A stretch of 64,000 nucleotides of DNA from Cyanophora paradoxa CCMP329 (taxonomy: Eukaryota > Plantae > Glaucophyta). Where the stretch lies: the NCBI GenBank assembly GCA_004431415.1, contig QPMI01000494.1, forward strand, positions 585,766-649,765. The letters are read 5' to 3'. Below are positions 61,501 to 64,000 of the stretch, piece by piece. The notes under the pieces are model-generated. The model saw only the letters and a list, made by a program, of their open reading frames with translations, was not told where the DNA came from and searched no databases. Made by a program: the position numbers and the translations under genes. Position 1 is the stretch's first letter; every line of letters starts with the position of its first letter.

Positions 61501-64000
61501 ATATTACATTATGAGGCGTTGAGCATATATATTATGATACGTGTGATCGAAATCTTTCTGAACGTCGTTTCCTATTAAATCAATCACTGCGAACGAGCGC
61601 ACCGCCTCGCGCCGGAGCTCCTTGTCCTCTCCGAAGCCCGAGGCCGGGCCCAGGCCGCCCACGCCGCCGCCGGCGTTGAGGGGGGCGCCCCGCTCGGGGT
61701 CACGGTCTCGGTCTCGGTCGCGCTCGGGCAGCAGCGTCAGGTCCTGCGGGGGGGAGGACAGGGCGCGGCGCCAGTGAGGTCCGCTCCTCTTAGTCAAGAT
61801 AACATAAGATTATGTAAAAGATAGAGCTCTAGATATAAAATTGTAAGATAGAGCTTTAAGAGAGAGGGCGCGGTGAGCTGTAGGGCCGCTGGCTGCAGTT
61901 TTTATCGCGAGGCCCCCAGCGCTAGCGCCGGCGCAGCCCCCGAAAAAGCTTAAGCGTCTCTTTCACGACGCTTTAGATTCTGGGATCCTAGTCTCCGGAT
62001 CTAGATTCGATCTCCCGAGGCTGGCGCTGGCGCCGGGGTCCGGGTCGGGACGGGGCGGGCGCACGTCGGTGGAGGGTACGGTGGTGGGGCTGCCGGCCCC
62101 GGAGAGGGTGACGGAGCTCGAGCCGGCCCCGTGCGGCCGCCGCCAGTGGAAGGACCTGCGGCGGAGAGAGTCGGAAGGGGAGAGGGGGGGGGAGGAGGGG
62201 GGGTGCAGCGAACCGGAGGGAGTGCCCGGCGTTGCTGAACTGCTCGTTCGCCTGACAGGTCGCCACCTGCCGAGGAGGAAGGGACTCGTGAGCCGCAGAG
62301 TAAAACAACTGAGTGGGCGGCGGGGTACGAGCCGCGCTCCCGCGCGGCCTCTCTAATCTAATTCTGTTTAATTTCTAATTATAATTCGAGCGGCGCTCGC
62401 GATCACGCTCGCCTCGGAGAAGAGCCAGCGGCGTGTGTCGCGGTCCAGGCGGAGGGTCCCGTCCTGCACCTGCCTCCCCAGGTCCGGCACCATCCTGCGA
62501 GGGGAGAAGAGGAGCATCCTGCGAGGGGAGAAGAGGAGCGTAAGACCGGGCGAGGAACCACTCGGCGAGCTTCAAAATTATGAATGAACGAGCGCACAGG
62601 GAGCCGCTGCCGAGGAGGTTCGTGACGGTCTCGTCGAGGGCTCGCAGCGCCCACTGGCCCAGCGACCGCACGCCTGCACGCGTTCCGAGCGAGCGTCAGG
62701 TCCGGTCGGGCGGGGAGAACGGGGGGGGGGGGGGGGGGGGTGTTCCATTGCGTGGGGCGCCTCAATCCCTCCTAGATCCGATACATAGTTTCGCTTCTAA
62801 GGCATCTAAGAAGATCCGATACACAGTTTCGCTTCTATATTCTTCAGAAGAAGGCATCTAAGAAGGCTCTTATATCTACTCATATATAATCTCAAGTTAT
62901 CTTGTCCTGGAGGCGCGCACGGGGGTCGGAGCGGAGGGCGTCGAGGGCGACGAGGGCTTTCACCAGCGGGCTCTCCAGGTCCGCCCCGGGCCTCACCATC
63001 CCGCCTGCCGAGAAAGAGTGAGAGAGGGACGGCGACGGTGCGAGAAAGCGAGTAGGGAATGAGAAGAAAGCGAGAAAGAATGAGAACGAGAAGAAAGCGA
63101 GAACGAGTGCGGCAGAGGCGGGGCCATTTTAAGCTAAGATAAACTGAAGAACTTAAGCAAAGAAGCGAGGAAGCAAGGAAGACAGCAGGCGAGCAAGCAA
63201 GAGGCGGAGGGATCGGGGGGCCAGGGCGCACGGAGATAACATTATCTCAGATATCTTCGATCGATATCTTAAGCTAAGATAACATTAAGACCTTATATAT
63301 AATTAAGAGGCTATACGTACTAAGCTATCTTAAGAGGCGGAGGGACCGGGGGGCGAGGGCGCACGCTGTAGGACCAGGAGCTGCTCGCGGAGGGCCAGGT
63401 TGTTCTCCCGCAGGCCCTCACGCTGCCCCCGGGGGCGCCCGCCCGTTCGCGTCAGATCAGACCCGCCGGCGGGGGATCGATATCGAGGCGGGCGAGGAGA
63501 CGCCTCAGATCTAAAGTTTGCTATGCGTTCTACTGCACTCCGTGCCATGATGAGATGGGTTCTAGATCTAGCGCCGACCCGGCCCCGGCGCGGCCTCGGC
63601 GCGGCCGCCCCGCCCCGCCCTGGCGCGGCCCCGGGCACCTCCTCGCTGACGCTCTCGAGCTGGGAGCGGAGCGTCTGGTGCCGTGCAAAGTCCGCCCGCC
63701 GCCTCCGGTCCTCCTCCTGCGGCCCCGCGTCGGGGGGGGGGGGGGGGGGGAGGGGGGAGGGAGGGGGGAGGGGGGCGGGGAGGGGGTGGGGGGTGGGGTG
63801 GGGGAAGGGGTGGGGGGCGAGAAGGGGGGCAGGGGTAGATTGAGGGCAGGTGGGGGTGGGGGAGGGGGGGGAATTGAGGGTGGGAGGTAGCGGACCCAGG
63901 CGCCAAATACGCCGAAGGAGGGGTAGGGGGGGAGGGGGGGGGAGGAGGGGGGGAGGAGAGGGGGCGGAGGCGGGCAGGGAAGATTGAGGGCAGGTGCAGG
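58540..64000 (-). CDS. Class I 3',5'-cyclic nucleotide phosphodiesterase; 5' end probably outside the window
   Basis: Spliced motifs ENPYHN|RAHAADVVQS, IIH|DYEH|PGVNN|NFLVNTSAPLALLYNDRS|PLESHH, VIDMVLATDM, K|ACDIG, AAKPLPLHVSWSERIASEFLSQ|GDRERELGIPISPF and RRNYEHW. Confidence 0.9.
59913..59962 (+). repeat. (TGCCAGGC)n 8-bp tandem repeat, about 6 copies, intronic
   Basis: Directly visible. Confidence 0.9.

Noticed and set aside
63720-64000. G-rich end of the window as telomeric sequence
   Set aside because: No regular telomere unit; it matches the C-rich intron tracts of a minus-strand gene.

Overview
GC-rich, intron-dense eukaryotic DNA, with introns mostly about 55-120 bp; the expanded TmcB/TmcC-type gene and intron style are reminiscent of the glaucophyte Cyanophora, but the species is not verified. 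Most long ORFs in the six-frame track are GC artefacts, so genes were rebuilt by hand-splicing. Genes found: a secreted protein, a hypothetical protein, an SDR with a long disordered tail, a POLR1D-isoform-2-like charged protein, a TmcB/TmcC-type membrane protein carrying an intronic poly(A) retroelement fragment, an F-box/LRR protein, a CABLES homologue, a RING protein, a long coiled-coil protein, a LamG-repeat/GPS surface protein, a YeeE/YedE transporter with a 667-bp tandem duplication, and a class I cNMP phosphodiesterase. MITE clusters lie at 2.7-3.9 kb and 43.8-45.3 kb. The main leads are: (1) a ~4.3-kb element with mirrored end motifs enclosing an internally deleted transposase-like gene (Transib/RAG1-like by eye) and a convergent partner ORF; (2) very frequent GC-AG introns, 9 of 19 in CABLES; (3) region-specific palindrome 'dialects' that all equal symmetric double C>T/G>A derivatives of GC-only palindromes; (4) exon-edge duplications that may be creating introns.
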